A DNA stretch of 64,000 bases from Myxococcota bacterium (GCA_963676915.2 CAXXVK010000060.1:207028-271027); one strand, 5' to 3'; positions 39,764 to 51,484 are shown, numbered from the stretch's first letter. Made by a program: numbers and translations. Notes: generated by a model not told the origin, from the sequence alone.

Positions 39764-39816
39764 GACGAGGATGTGGCTCCGTTTCGCTTCAGGTACAGAT
39801 CATTTCTCATTGGAGA

Positions 39817-39850
39817 TATAGCAGTTTTTCCTTGGTTTTTAAACTGCCTA
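39817..39850. repeat. Collapsed TATAGC-type shell or hairpin
   Basis: TATAGCAGTTT-TTCCTTGGTTTTT-AAACTGCCTA resembles the ends of 24311..24490. Confidence 0.4.
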
Positions 39851-39892
39851 AAGACGTTGCGCACCAATATTTCGGGTCGAAGAGGATGCCGT

Positions 39893-42800
39893 TTAAATTT
39901 CGCCGATCATCCACCGGGCGGGCAATAGACCGCGAAGGGTCGCCAGCAGTGTCCGTTCGAGGACGGGTTTGCTCAAAAAGGCATCGGCTCCGCAGCGTTC
40001 GGCTTTTTTCAGGTGTTTCGGACCGCCTCGACTGCTGATCACCACCAGCGGCAGCTTGGAAAGATGGGGTTCGTGGCGGATTTTCTGCATCAGTTCGTAG
40101 CCGTCGATGTTGGGCATTTCCAGATCGACGAGCACAAGGTCGGGCACCTGGACATTGATCTGTTGCCAACCGTCGAGTCCGTCTTTGGCGGTTTTTACGT
40201 CGAAATCGTACCGTTCGAGCATCTGACGCAGGCTTCGACGCACCGTAAGGCTGTCATCGACAACCATGATCTGTAGTTTTTCCTCGCGAATCGCCTTTTC
40301 CGGTACGGTCAGATCCACATGCTGATGCAACAAAAACAGGTAGGGAACATTCAGCGCCAGCAAGGCCGAACCTTGCGGGTTGATCGTCGAGCCGAGAAAA
40401 ATCTGCATCTGATCCATGATAGGACTCAGTTTACGTAAAATGACCTGCTCGCGCTCCAAAACCGCGTCCACCATCATCGCCATGACTTCGTCGCCCGATC
40501 GCAGCACGACGAACGGAGATTTGCTGGAAGACGGCGGAGCCTCGAAACGCATGAAATCGTGCAATCGACAGGCGGGAATTTTCCGGCCTTCGTAGTCGAT
40601 CATCGCGTTCCCGTTTCCAGAAGGAAAAGCGCAGGGTTCCAGAAAATGTTCGACGAACGACATCGGTATCAGGAAATCCTGCGTACGGCAACGGACCGTC
40701 GCCATATCCTGAATGGCCAGACTCAGCGGTAGCCGAATCACGAACCGTGTCCCCACGCCCTTTTCGGAATCCACCGAAATCGAACCGAAAAGCTGGTCGA
40801 TCTGATGCCGGACGACATCCAGGCCAACGCCCCTCCCGGCTCCCTGATCCACGAATTTCCGCGTGGTGACCTGGGGCAGGAAAATGAGCTGCCGCCGCCG
40901 GTTATCGCTCATCGTCTCCCATTGGTTTTCAGTGACGATTTCTTTTTCCAGCACCGTGGATTTCAGCCGGTCGATGTCGATCCCCCGGCCATCGTCTTCG
41001 ACCACCACAACCAGGTGGGAGCCGATCTGCTGGGCTTCGATAGCGATCGTGGCGACTTCCGATTTTTGGGAAATATTTCGATCCACCATCGACTCGAAAC
41101 CGTGGGTGAAACAATTGCGGATCATGTGGCCGATGGACTCGGACAGCAGGTCGGCCATCACTTTATCCACTTCGGTTTCGTCGCCGGAGGTCACCAATTT
41201 GGCCTTGACCTGGTACCGATGACTCAAGCGCCTGACCTGGAATTCGAAGTATTTGAAGAGTGTCGAAAACGGAATCATCCGAACTTTGATCACCTCTTCC
41301 TGCAAATCGTTGACGACCTTGTCCAGTTGCAAGGTGTCTTCACTGAAATGCATGACAAGACGCTCAAGGTTTCTCAAAGATTCCGTAAGGTTATAATCCG
41401 TATCCTCGATTTCCCGACTCAGAATCGACAGGTCCGAATAACTATCGAATTCAAGCTGCCCGAACTCCGAAGAGGACAAAGCAGACGACGGAGACCACCC
41501 GCCGCTGGACGATAAAGGGAGCGCCCAGTAGTATTTTTTTTGAATCTCGGAGTATAGCTTGGAAAGATCTTTTCGCCGCTCACGAATTCTGGTGATGGCC
41601 GAAAACACCTGAGGAAACGAATTCACGGATGCGAACCTTGGCCGTGCGCAATTCGGATACCATATCCATGATGTGTTCCAGCGAAGCCAGCTCCACGCTC
41701 ACGCTTTTTTCCAACGCAGGAGTCTTGATTTCGATGTCCGGCATCGGAGGTTCCGGCTTGGAAGAGACGGGTTTTCCCTCCGGGAGCTGTTCGCAGAGTT
41801 CTTTCACCACAGCGGCAAAATCGGCCAAGCTGTCGCGTTCCTGTTCTTTCGTGAAATCCTGGTGAACGAAAGGAGACAGCAAATCCAGGCTGTTGTACAG
41901 ACCGTCGAGCAACAGGTCCGACATCTCGCGATTCCCTTCGCGAACCTCGTCGAGAATATCCTCCAAGTCGTGAATAATTTTCGATAATTCGTTTTTTCCT
42001 ACCATCGCCGCCGAACCCTTCAGGGTATGGACGATGCGGAAAATGGCGTTGATTTCCTCGTCGGAGGCGGAAGCGGGTTGCATGTTGTCGAGCAGATTGC
42101 GCAACTGTTTGAGTTGCTCCCGGCCTTCTTCCCGGAAAATTTCTCCCAGACCTTCCAGCAGGTTTTCGTCCTCGTCTCCTCCTGGAGAAAGTTCGCCGTC
42201 CGAAGATTTTTCCTCAGAACCTGTTTCGGAGGAGGAAAAAGACTCTTCCAGCCCGATCAGGAAGTTGGTTTCGTTCTCGGGAGAATCTTCTATCGTCGAG
42301 AAATTTTGTCGGTATTCGGAAACCGTTTCCCGCAAATCGGCGGGAGCGACGATTGCAGCCATACTGAGGAAATTTTCCAAAGGAACGCGGCCATTGTTCC
42401 CGGAATGAACTTCTTCGCAAATCTCCTGAATCGATACGGCAAGCAGATTGAGGAACTCTACGGCTTCCTGACTGAAATGCTGGGCATCGGCAATCATCCA
42501 GCAGACGGTTTTTTCGTGCAACGAAAAGACCGTCACACAGGTTTCCGGCAGGTTTTCGCATTGCAGTAAACGTCGAACCGAATCACGAGCCTGAATCAGT
42601 CTTTCCGAATCCCATCCGGATCGAAGTTGGTCGGCCAACCCTTCGATATCATCCAGTTCGTCTCGCCATTCTTCGCAGCTTGGCAGATCGTTGGGGGTCG
42701 TTATTCCACAGGTCTCGGGCGAAATGGAAAAGTCGATATCCGTATCGTTTTGCATTTCTTGAAACGTCTCGAAGTGCATAGCGAAACGGGCGAGGTGGTC

Positions 42801-43076
42801 GCGAATCCGGCTTTCGAAATCTGCAAGCGCCGCCGGTTCTTCTTCCAACGTTTTCAATTCACCATGCAGCACCGCCGCCACTTCGTGCATGTCCTTCCGG
42901 CCGATCATTCCGGTGACACCCTTGAGACTGTGGGCGGTTTCGACGATCTTCCGCAGGTCATCGGCACTGTCCCGGCGAGGCTCGGAGAAAAGCCAGTCTT
43001 CGAGCGTGCTCAGATAGCCTCCGACTTCCTCCAGGAAAGTGTCGATCAACTCGGGTGTGAGTTTCAATTCCGTCAT
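39893..43076 (-). pseudogene. Hybrid chemotaxis kinase (ChpA-like: 2x Hpt, HATPase, CheW, REC) split by a +1 frameshift
   Basis: AHSLKG and VHTLKG Hpt domains in 41580..43076; HMIRNCFTHG, GRGVGLDVV and REC in 39893..41626; removing one T at 41615-41617 fuses them. Confidence 0.85.
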
Positions 43077-43106
43077 AACTGCGTATTTACCGTAGAACCC
43101 GAGGGG

Positions 43107-45632
43107 CTAACGGCTTCCCTCTTTCGAATCGAAATTGGTTGGGATTTCGGTTGTATCCTCCGACTTGGGAAGAACTTTCATTTTTCCCGTATCGCCGGTT
43201 AAAGAAGGCGTTTCCGATTCAATTTTGTTGAACCCCAACAGCATGTCCGGTTCTTTTTCGATACTGGAATCATCCTCCGGCGCTTGCATCGGGGGATCTT
43301 CGATTTGCAACGTGGCGGCAAAATCATCGACACTGGAATACTTATGCGGTCCCGTCGCGATTTTGGTGGTTTTATCCGTATCGTTTTCGTCCAGCAGGAA
43401 ATTACTACTGTCGAAAACGGCCGACTCTCCCGGATTGTGATTCAATTGCGGAGTATTCTTTGGCGTACCGGGGAAAACCGGCGTTCCCGCCACGGATGTA
43501 TCGCTGGGATTGGATTTGTCGATCGTTTCGATCTGTGTGGACGTGGAACCCGAAGTGGAGGTGAAAAACTGGAAATCGGTGTCTTCGAGGAATTTTTCCT
43601 GAAGCTTGAACACCCGCAGTCCCTGATTGAGTTTCTTGGCCGGAGCCTCCAGTCCGTTGATGATTCGCCGCGAGCGCTTGATGTTTTCCATGTTTTCGCG
43701 TGAAACCTGGTAAATGGACTGAATTTCCCCGACGACGCGATCCATCTGTCCCACATGCTTGCGGGCGGATTCGGAAATCTCCTTGATCTTGTCGGCGGCG
43801 TCGAAAATCACCCGGTCGATTTCCTGAAGCGTGGTTCCGGCTTCTTCGGTCTGCCGCCAGCCTTTTTCGACCTCCTGCACCACTTCTTCCATAGACAACA
43901 CCGCGTCCTTGGTTTCCACCTGAATATCCTCGATGAAAAGGGAAATTTCCTTGGTGGCGTTGGTGGTGCGTTCGGCCAGCTTGCGGATTTCGTCGGCCAC
44001 GACGGCAAACCCCTTGCCCTGCTCGCCCGCCTTGCCCGCCTCGATGGCGGCATTGAGCGACAGGATGTTGGTGCGGTCCGAAATGTCGCTGATCATTTCC
44101 ACGATGGTATTGACTTCCAACGAGCGATCTCCCAGGGATTTGATCGCCTTGGCCGTGGTTTGTACGTTGGTGCGGATGCGGTTCATGTTGGACAGGGTTT
44201 CGGAAATCACGCGGGAACCCTGACGCGCCGTCAGTGTGGCTTTTTCCGCTTCGTTGCTGGCGAAATCGGCTGAAAGATTGACCCGTTGCATGTCGCGTGC
44301 GACTTCGAGCGTTTTCGAACTGACCGAGTGAATCTCCATCTGCTGACGCTTGGAACCCTTGGTGATGGTGTGGAAGTTGTCCAGCACCTGTTCGCTCGCC
44401 GCGCTCATGCGCAGACCGGATCGTCGAACCTCGATAATCAGCTTGGACATTTCGTCCAGCATCATGTTGAAGGCGTCGGCCACCGAACCCAGAATATCGG
44501 TGGTGACATTGGCTCGCTGGGTAAAATCGCCTTTCGAGGCCACAGAGACAATATCGAGCAATTGAATGATGTTGCGTTGAAGCTGGATTTTGCTCTCTTC
44601 GCTCTGAATCAGGTTGGTCATCGAGTCGAGCATTCGGTTGATCGAAGATCCCAGTTCATACAGGCTGGTGGAGGAAGGAGGGACGTTGGTTCGTCTATGG
44701 TACTCGCCCCGTCGGATGTATTCCGCCGTGATGCGCAGGTGGTCGATGGGATCGGAAATCTCCCGCTTGCCCTGCAATGTCAGCAAAAACACCATAATCA
44801 CGGCAATGACCGCGAAAATATACAACAGTTTTTCGGCCAGACCACTGGCGTTCTGGGATTCGTTCTGGAGCTGATAGTTGATTTGGGCGACATCATCGAG
44901 CGAATCCGAAACGGTGGATAAAATCTGCATCGTCGGTCCCGCCACATCTACAGAAAGGGCGAGGGAATAATCGGTGTTTCCTGCCGGTACCAGCAAAACA
45001 AGTTTTTTGGGTTGAAACTCTTCCTTCTCCTGGTTTTCGAGCAATTGCACGACCGATTTGGACTGTCCCGCCAAGGCCGGGTCGTTCCGTGATTTTTTTA
45101 CATGCTCGGAATAGTTCTTTTTGATCGCCAAAAGCGCCGCATCCGGTAGCGCTTCATCGAGCGTGGTTCCCGGCCCGGTCAGGCCGTCGATCATCACGCG
45201 CCCCTGCCCCTGTTTATCCACATGCTTGAACAGCAGAATTCTCGACGACGGTCCGGCGTAGAAATCGTTGAACAGTTCGGCGAGTAACGGACTTGTCTGC
45301 ACCTCTTTGTCGTCCAGATCCTTGATTTCGATGACGAGACGGACTTGCTCGGCGAAAGAATCGACATTGGAAATGATGTGCTGAACGAGGATTTTCTCTG
45401 CCGAAAGTCGAGCCATTTCAAGCCCTTTGTTGACTTTGACAAAGGATTGGGCGGCATTGTTCTGGATGGACTCGAACGCTCCTTCATAAACGAATTTGTA
45501 CAAAAATACGGGAAACGTGAAGGCGGGAACGAAGGTCAGCAGAATGTAAAAAAGCAGACGCCATCGCAGTTTCAAGAACCAGCGTTCTTTTTTGGCTTGC
45601 TTTTTCAGCGGGCTGTTTTCCTGTTTCATCAA
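43107..45632 (-). CDS. PilJ-like methyl-accepting chemotaxis protein with long acidic tail
   Basis: Two TMs, [61 protein letters not shown]. Confidence 0.92.
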   Translation of the reverse strand: MMKQENSPLKKQAKKERWFLKLRWRLLFYILLTFVPAFTFPVFLYKFVYEGAFESIQNNAAQSFVKVNKGLEMARLSAEKILVQHIISNVDSFAEQVRLVIEIKDLDDKEVQTSPLLAELFNDFYAGPSSRILLFKHVDKQGQGRVMIDGLTGPGTTLDEALPDAALLAIKKNYSEHVKKSRNDPALAGQSKSVVQLLENQEKEEFQPKKLVLLVPAGNTDYSLALSVDVAGPTMQILSTVSDSLDDVAQINYQLQNESQNASGLAEKLLYIFAVIAVIMVFLLTLQGKREISDPIDHLRITAEYIRRGEYHRRTNVPPSSTSLYELGSSINRMLDSMTNLIQSEESKIQLQRNIIQLLDIVSVASKGDFTQRANVTTDILGSVADAFNMMLDEMSKLIIEVRRSGLRMSAASEQVLDNFHTITKGSKRQQMEIHSVSSKTLEVARDMQRVNLSADFASNEAEKATLTARQGSRVISETLSNMNRIRTNVQTTAKAIKSLGDRSLEVNTIVEMISDISDRTNILSLNAAIEAGKAGEQGKGFAVVADEIRKLAERTTNATKEISLFIEDIQVETKDAVLSMEEVVQEVEKGWRQTEEAGTTLQEIDRVIFDAADKIKEISESARKHVGQMDRVVGEIQSIYQVSRENMENIKRSRRIINGLEAPAKKLNQGLRVFKLQEKFLEDTDFQFFTSTSGSTSTQIETIDKSNPSDTSVAGTPVFPGTPKNTPQLNHNPGESAVFDSSNFLLDENDTDKTTKIATGPHKYSSVDDFAATLQIEDPPMQAPEDDSSIEKEPDMLLGFNKIESETPSLTGDTGKMKVLPKSEDTTEIPTNFDSKEGSR

Positions 45633-46096
45633 TCGACCTCTTTGGCGCTTGCCATGCCGAGCGTTTCCGCCCAGACGGAAGAAACCTGGTTACGAAGCTG
45701 CAAAGGAATGTTTTTCACGTTGATAAACTGCTTCGCATTGGCCTGGTCCTGCCAGACACCGGCAATCAGGTCTTCGTCCATTTTCGTAAACGAACTTTTG
45801 GGAATCTTGAAGATTCCTCGTATTTTCCAAACAACGATCACGTAAGGGATCTTTCCCGAAGACACACGAAGACCATAGAGCTTCGTCTGGTTCCAGGGGT
45901 TCGATACCCGTTGAATCAGGCTGAAAATATCCACGCAAGGATACGTCATCCCCCGCAGGCAGGTCAAACCGCACAATCCCGGCGGCGCCAGGGGAATCGG
46001 CGTCAGGTTGTCCAGGGCGATCACTTCGTCCACGAACGCCAACTCGATGCAATACGAGCGCTTGGCAAGACTGAATTCGATCACTTCCAAAGACAT
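45629..46096 (-). CDS. cheW: CheW-like coupling protein (PilI-like)
   Basis: VDEVI...[18 protein letters not shown]; overlaps the MCP start. Confidence 0.85.
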   Translation of the reverse strand: MSLEVIEFSLAKRSYCIELAFVDEVIALDNLTPIPLAPPGLCGLTCLRGMTYPCVDIFSLIQRVSNPWNQTKLYGLRVSSGKIPYVIVVWKIRGIFKIPKSSFTKMDEDLIAGVWQDQANAKQFINVKNIPLQLRNQVSSVWAETLGMASAKEVD

Positions 46097-46211
46097 CGGT
46101 TCCGGCTACGCCTCCAAAATATGTTTCCCCAGCGTCCGTTTTATGGAAACTCGCATCCATCCTGCGGATTTCGGGTGGAATTCGATTCTGACGGATGGTT
46201 ACAAACCGCCA

Positions 46212-46586
46212 TTACCCGGCCTTGGCCCCCAACAACTCGTTGATTTTATCCACGAGTTCGGACACGTCGAAGGGTTTTCCGAAATAGGCGTCCGCGCCCT
46301 GCTTCATTCCCCAATACCGGTCACTTTCCTGGTTTCGCGTGGATACGAAAATGATTTTGGCCTGTTTCAACGTCGGATTTTCCTTGATCGTCCGGCAGAC
46401 CTGATAACCGTCTTTTTTCGGCATCACGACATCGAGCAACACGAGATCGGGGACGAGATCGGCCAGGATACGTTCGGCATCCTCGCCGTCTCGTGCAACC
46501 ACGGTATCATGCCCCAGGGTCTGCATGATCTGTTGAAACAGCAGTACTTCGGTCGGGGAATCGTCCACGATAAGGATATTCGCCAC
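46212..46586 (-). CDS. Single-domain response regulator (PilH-like)
   Basis: ILIVDDSPTE, DVVMPKKDGYQVCR, DRYWGMKQGADAY; GTG start with AAGGAG RBS. Confidence 0.9.
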   Translation of the reverse strand: MANILIVDDSPTEVLLFQQIMQTLGHDTVVARDGEDAERILADLVPDLVLLDVVMPKKDGYQVCRTIKENPTLKQAKIIFVSTRNQESDRYWGMKQGADAYFGKPFDVSELVDKINELLGAKAG

Positions 46587-46864
46587 CGTAAGCTCCTTAG
46601 GAAAACGGGAAAACGAAAGTACATTTCGGACATGGCATTGCTTCTTCGACGGAATTTCTCCCGTCATCCGGTACACGTCCACCCTTGTCCCAAAGGCTCC
46701 GGCAAAAGTCCGAAAAACGGTACCTATCGGAAATTCTCGCCCGTTGGAAACAATGCCACGTCATATAATACTTTAGTATACCACGTTTTTCAGGGCGCGC
46801 CATTGAAAATACGTCTCATCCTGGCAATGCAACGGCAAATCCGAACCACGAACGTCTTTTTTCG

Positions 46865-47446
46865 TTATTCGATCACCACGCCGAAGGCTTCGAGCAGACC
46901 ACGAATTCCCGTGGCGTCGAAACGCGCTTTTTCGATCCGGTTGTCTCTGGGATCGAAGGCGTAGCCCGTGGCGCTGCGAAAATCCGCGCCGCGAAGATCG
47001 CAGCCCACTATCCGTGCTCCCGAAAAATCCGACCCGTCGAAATTCGCTTCGGGGAAGGTGCAACGAAGAAATTCGGCGTCTCGCAGCCTTGAGCCGGTCA
47101 GGGAAAATCCGTGCTGATCCAGCTCGGAAAACAGGGCGTACGACAAGTCGCACTCGTGAAACGACAACTCCAGCAACAGTTTGTCGCAGGTTCCGAAATC
47201 GACGCCCAGTAGTTTGCAGGTATCGAAATGGACGGTTTTGAACGCGGCGTTTGCAACATTGGCATTGGAGAGATTGCAGCGCCGGAAGGTGCAGTCGATC
47301 CAGCGGGACCGTCGAAGATCCGCCTCGGAGAAATCGCAGCTTTCGAAACGACAATCCCGAAACACCCGACCCTGAAGCGGAGATTTGCCCCACGTCAACG
47401 AGTCGAACGTTTCATCCGAGTATTCCATGGCTTTGCGGTCATTCAT
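46865..47446 (-). CDS. Pentapeptide repeat protein
   Basis: Tandem CDFSE/ADLRR/CNLSN/ANFDG/ADFRS pentapeptides. Confidence 0.92.
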   Translation of the reverse strand: MNDRKAMEYSDETFDSLTWGKSPLQGRVFRDCRFESCDFSEADLRRSRWIDCTFRRCNLSNANVANAAFKTVHFDTCKLLGVDFGTCDKLLLELSFHECDLSYALFSELDQHGFSLTGSRLRDAEFLRCTFPEANFDGSDFSGARIVGCDLRGADFRSATGYAFDPRDNRIEKARFDATGIRGLLEAFGVVIE

Positions 47447-47475
47447 TTTCGCTATTCAGCGGTATTTTTACCCGA

Positions 47476-49008
47476 TCAGCTTTTCTTTTTGCCATTTTTA
47501 CCGTTCTTACCGTTTCCGTTCCCGTTTTTGCGGCTTTTTTTGCGGGTTGCGGTTTTGGCAAGGTGTCGCCCGGCTTTGAAGGCTTCGAGGTTTTTCTCAA
47601 CCGTCGGTCCCGGCACGTTCTTGGCAACGGCTTTTTCCATCGCCTGTTTGGCGAACGGACGAAGAATAGTATGCAGGCATCCCAGCGCAACCACGTTGGC
47701 CGACATCGGCGATTTGATCTTTTTCGCCGTGGAAATAATCGGCATCCGGTACAGCCGCGCTTGATGGTGCTCGGTACCGTCCACGGAAGCGTCCACCAGC
47801 AAAATCCCGCCGTCCTTGACCATTTTTCCGTACTTGTCGCAAGCTTCCTGGGTCAGCGCCACCAGCACGTCCAGTTTGGTCGCCTTGGGGAACTCGATTT
47901 TCTTGTGGGACAACACGAGGTCGCATTTGCTCGATCCACCCCGAGCTTCAGGACCGTACGACTGACTCTGAGCGACGTTCCACCCCTGCTCGACGGCGGC
48001 ATCCGCCAGGATAATGCCCGAAAGAATCAGTCCCTGACCACCCGAACCGGCGAAACGCAGTTCGATGTGTTTGAGGTTTCCTTTGCTGGCAATCCGACCC
48101 AGCGCATCGCCTTTTTGGGCTTTGCGGGTCACTTCATCGTACAGTGTAAGGTAATTGCCCTTGTTTTCTTTTTCGTACAGAACGCCGTGAAGATATTTGG
48201 GACCGTTCGGACCATCGCTATCCACCGGCAGGTCTTTGATGGAATGGGCAGTTTCGTCGTCCTTCAGCTCGATTGCCATGTTTTTCTGTTCCATCAGCAT
48301 ATCGAGATTGGACTTGTAGCGGTTACGATTGCGCCGCCCGTGAGTGGTGAAGCAACCTTCCATCACTTCCGTCACACTGAAACCGGGATACATCAGCGCC
48401 CGGTAGAGCATTTTATCCAACTGGGAGAGATGATACGTATCCCCCCGCGCCACGAAACCCGCACCCGACGAGGTGGCCAGTCCGGCGATGTCGAAATGGG
48501 GTTCCACATTGCCGTAAGGGCTGGTTGCCGACCGGTCGTGTCTCGGTGTGGAAGGCGAGTACTGCCCGCCCGTCATGCCGTAAATGCCGTTGTTGAACAG
48601 CACCAACGTCATGTCGATGTTGCGGCGGCAGGCATGAATGAAATGATTGCCGCCGATGGCCAGCGAGTCGCCGTCGCCGGTGGCGATGATGACGTGCAGA
48701 TCCGGGTTGGCCAGCCGAACCCCCGTTGCGAAAGGCAAAGCCCGCCCGTGGGTGGTGTGGACGGTGTCGAAATCGAGGTACGTCGGAATCCGTGCAGCGC
48801 AACCGATGCCGGAAATGATCACGATCTTGTCGCGCTCCCAACCGGTTTGGTGAATCGCCCGAATCAGCGATTTCATCACCATCCCGTGACCACAGCCCGG
48901 ACACCACAGGTGGGGCATGTGCTCGACCCGAAGGTATTGGTCATAATCGAATCCCAGGCGCGGAACCTTTTGTTTCGACTCGTTTTTTTTGCTATTTGTC
49001 TGTGTCAT
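47476..49008 (-). CDS. korB: 2-oxoacid:ferredoxin oxidoreductase fused beta-gamma subunit
   Basis: WCPGCG, HTTHGRA, GDGD...GGNH, YGMTGGQ (beta), then RFAGSGGQG, QSYGPEARGG (gamma). Confidence 0.92.
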   Translation of the reverse strand: MTQTNSKKNESKQKVPRLGFDYDQYLRVEHMPHLWCPGCGHGMVMKSLIRAIHQTGWERDKIVIISGIGCAARIPTYLDFDTVHTTHGRALPFATGVRLANPDLHVIIATGDGDSLAIGGNHFIHACRRNIDMTLVLFNNGIYGMTGGQYSPSTPRHDRSATSPYGNVEPHFDIAGLATSSGAGFVARGDTYHLSQLDKMLYRALMYPGFSVTEVMEGCFTTHGRRNRNRYKSNLDMLMEQKNMAIELKDDETAHSIKDLPVDSDGPNGPKYLHGVLYEKENKGNYLTLYDEVTRKAQKGDALGRIASKGNLKHIELRFAGSGGQGLILSGIILADAAVEQGWNVAQSQSYGPEARGGSSKCDLVLSHKKIEFPKATKLDVLVALTQEACDKYGKMVKDGGILLVDASVDGTEHHQARLYRMPIISTAKKIKSPMSANVVALGCLHTILRPFAKQAMEKAVAKNVPGPTVEKNLEAFKAGRHLAKTATRKKSRKNGNGNGKNGKNGKKKS

Positions 49009-50143
49009 GATCCAGTGCTCGCTTGACGGCGTTGACGATCTCTTCCGGGGCGATCACGTCGCCATCCACTTTGCAAAGAGAAAAGAGCTGCCTGCGGTCC
49101 TCCGAAGCGGATTCCACAAGGCGCATCAACTGGCCCAGACTCATTTCGGCGACAACGGCTTTGACGCCGGTTTTCAGCACGCGGCGCAGACGTTTACGGG
49201 GGAAGGGGAACAGCGTGACAGGCCGAAACAGCCCGACTCGAATGCCTTCTTCCTGCAATTGGTGAATGGCGGCCTCGGCGGAACGGGTGACGCTGCCCAG
49301 GCAGATCACGATGGCTTCCGCGTCGTTGATGTCGCTTTCGTCCACTTCCTCGATACCGTCCCGATATTCTTCGATTTTTCGATGCAATCGACGAATCAGA
49401 TCGTCGGCCACTTTGGGATTTTGCGTGGGGAAACCCCGGTTGTCGTGGGTCAACCCTGTGGTATGAAAGCGGTGGCCGTCCCCCAGACGTTTCATCGGGG
49501 GGACGTTCTGGTCGAACATATCGTCCCGCAGGGTTTCTTCGTCATTGATGGGCGCCAGAACCCGGTCGGTGGTCGGAATCTGGCCCTCGTCGGGAATGGC
49601 GATTCTTTCCCGCATATGGCCGATGACTTCGTCGGCCAGGATAATCACCGGGTTCCGAACCATTTCGGCGATGTTGAACGCACGAATCGTTTCGGTGAAC
49701 ATCTCCTCCACATTGGCGGGAGACAACACCACGATGGGGTGGTCTCCATGGGTTCCCCAACGGGACTGGAGAATATCCCCCTGTCCGGGGCTCGTCGGCA
49801 GGCCGGTAGACGGTCCGCCGCGCATGATGTTGACGATCACGATCGGTATTTCCGCCATGCAGGCGTACCCGATCTGCTCTTGCATCAACGAGAATCCCGG
49901 CCCGGAAGTGGCGGTCATGGCTTTGACGCCCGCCAGGCTGGCCCCGATGATGGCGGCAAGCGAGGCGATTTCGTCCTCCATCTGGATAAACCGCCCCCCG
50001 ACCCGCGGCAGGCGGGCGGAACATTCTTCGGTAATTTCGGTGGAAGGCGTGATCGGATATCCGGCATAAAACCGGCATCCGCCATACAAAGCTCCCTCGA
50101 CGAGGGCGACATTGCCCTGCATCAAACTGAATTCCCGCGTCAT
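48992..50143 (-). CDS. korA: 2-oxoacid:ferredoxin oxidoreductase alpha subunit
   Basis: GYPITPSTE, QMEDEIAS, TATSGPGFSLM, RGGPSTGLPT. Confidence 0.94.
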   Translation of the reverse strand: MTREFSLMQGNVALVEGALYGGCRFYAGYPITPSTEITEECSARLPRVGGRFIQMEDEIASLAAIIGASLAGVKAMTATSGPGFSLMQEQIGYACMAEIPIVIVNIMRGGPSTGLPTSPGQGDILQSRWGTHGDHPIVVLSPANVEEMFTETIRAFNIAEMVRNPVIILADEVIGHMRERIAIPDEGQIPTTDRVLAPINDEETLRDDMFDQNVPPMKRLGDGHRFHTTGLTHDNRGFPTQNPKVADDLIRRLHRKIEEYRDGIEEVDESDINDAEAIVICLGSVTRSAEAAIHQLQEEGIRVGLFRPVTLFPFPRKRLRRVLKTGVKAVVAEMSLGQLMRLVESASEDRRQLFSLCKVDGDVIAPEEIVNAVKRALDHDTDK

Positions 50144-50418
50144 TTCGCCCCTCCTCCCGGTTTTTCTTTCTTATGTTCAGGGGTTTCGCCGGGCGCTTTC
50201 GGTTTGCGCTCTACGATAATGGCGAAATCGGGACAACGTTGTTCGCATTTGCCGCATAAGATACAGGCATCGGCACGAACGCTCAGTTTTCCTCCGTCCA
50301 TAAACAGGGCATCGGTCGGGCAGAACTCGACACAAACTTCGCAGTTTTTGCACCAGCCCCGGCGAACGCGGATGTGAGCCTTGTCGCTTTCAAAGACCTG
50401 CTCGCGTGGGTCACCCAT
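50140..50418 (-). CDS. korD: 2x[4Fe-4S] ferredoxin-like delta subunit
   Basis: CKNCEVCVEFCP and CILCGKCEQRCPDFAI. Confidence 0.9.
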   Translation of the reverse strand: MGDPREQVFESDKAHIRVRRGWCKNCEVCVEFCPTDALFMDGGKLSVRADACILCGKCEQRCPDFAIIVERKPKAPGETPEHKKEKPGGGAK

Positions 50419-50795
50419 TCGAAATCCTCGCTTGGCGATTCGGTGTTGGGTTTAATACAGAGCCTCGAAAGGGCTTTACCTCAAAAAAAACTCGCCGTCG
50501 ACAAAACATTGAAAAAAAACTGTTATTTTTTCGTGCAAGATAATATATATTTAGAATCATATAAAGAAAATACAGAGTCAAGCTTTTCATCGTCTCAGAG
50601 GTCAAAAATGTGTTCTTCGCCGTTTTTTTACGGAAAATGACGTTTCTTATTGGGAATTCGAGCCGATTTATTGTAGGTAGAGAACTGTCGGAAACCGGCG
50701 ATTCTCCGGCGAAGCGAAACCGCTCGTGATGTTTCGAGAGCAAGGTGATTGATACGATGGCATACTTAAGAACGCAATTCGTACCCCGAAGACCG

Positions 50796-50996
50796 ATGGC
50801 CCAAACCACCGGCGTCCACTGCCCGACGTGTCCCGAAGGCGAACTGGTGACCCGATTCACCTGTCTGTCGGTGGGTTTCAACTGCCCTTCCTGTGGGGAA
50901 AATTTCACGCTCGAAAAGCTCGTTTGTAAATTGGATGACGAAGACTTCGAGCGGCTGGCCGAAACGGTGCAGTACCGCTTCAGCAACCGAGTGTAA
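50796..50996 (+). CDS. Small dual-CXXC protein (zinc-ribbon-like)
   Basis: CPTC...TCLS...CPSC...LDDEDFERL...RFSNRV; start uncertain (50745, 50757 or 50796). Confidence 0.7.
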   Translation: MAQTTGVHCPTCPEGELVTRFTCLSVGFNCPSCGENFTLEKLVCKLDDEDFERLAETVQYRFSNRV

Positions 50997-51271
50997 AAAA
51001 CGGTTCGCTGAATTCGCACAGGTTGCAATCCGCAACGGTGCGAAATCCTTCCAAAACGTTTTTTTACAGGTTCAAGATTTGGAAATCCCGGATGGGGATA
51101 CATTTCTGGGCAAACGTGCAAAAACGAGATGTTTCGTGCGTGTGGTCGTTCACAAGCCCCCACGGTCTCCTGTACGATCGAACCGCGTTTCAGGATGAAA
51201 TCCTTTGAATTCTTGCGGACTTCAAGGGGTGTAAGTTTTAACTTTTGCCCCACGGGGACCAAAATCCTCGC

Positions 51272-51484
51272 TCAGGACTGCTCGACCAATCCGTCCACGT
51301 TGACATCCATGACGAACAGTTTCATTTGCAAAGCTTCGATCGAGCGCTGCGTCATGATCAAATCACGCTTGTACTGTTTTCGAAGATGGATGTTGAGAAA
51401 CGGATTTTCCAGCTCTTTGAGCATACGTTTCTTCTCGCCCTTCAACGTCTCGATTTTCTCGGCGATTTCTTCTTTCTTGGTCAT
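51272..51484 (-). CDS. Small coiled-coil hypothetical protein
   Basis: GGAGAG RBS; 70-aa charged helical ORF MTKKEEIAEKIETLKGEKKRMLKELENPF... Confidence 0.65.
   Translation of the reverse strand: MTKKEEIAEKIETLKGEKKRMLKELENPFLNIHLRKQYKRDLIMTQRSIEALQMKLFVMDVNVDGLVEQS

Noticed and set aside
50680-50745. Small GAAA-capped hairpins upstream of the CXXC gene
   Set aside because: No match to any riboswitch consensus I can recognise, and the stems are short.
51105-51175. GGGCAAAC start reminiscent of a c-di-GMP-I riboswitch
   Set aside because: It lacks the GNRA-capped P2 and GACGCAAA elements and lies between convergent genes.
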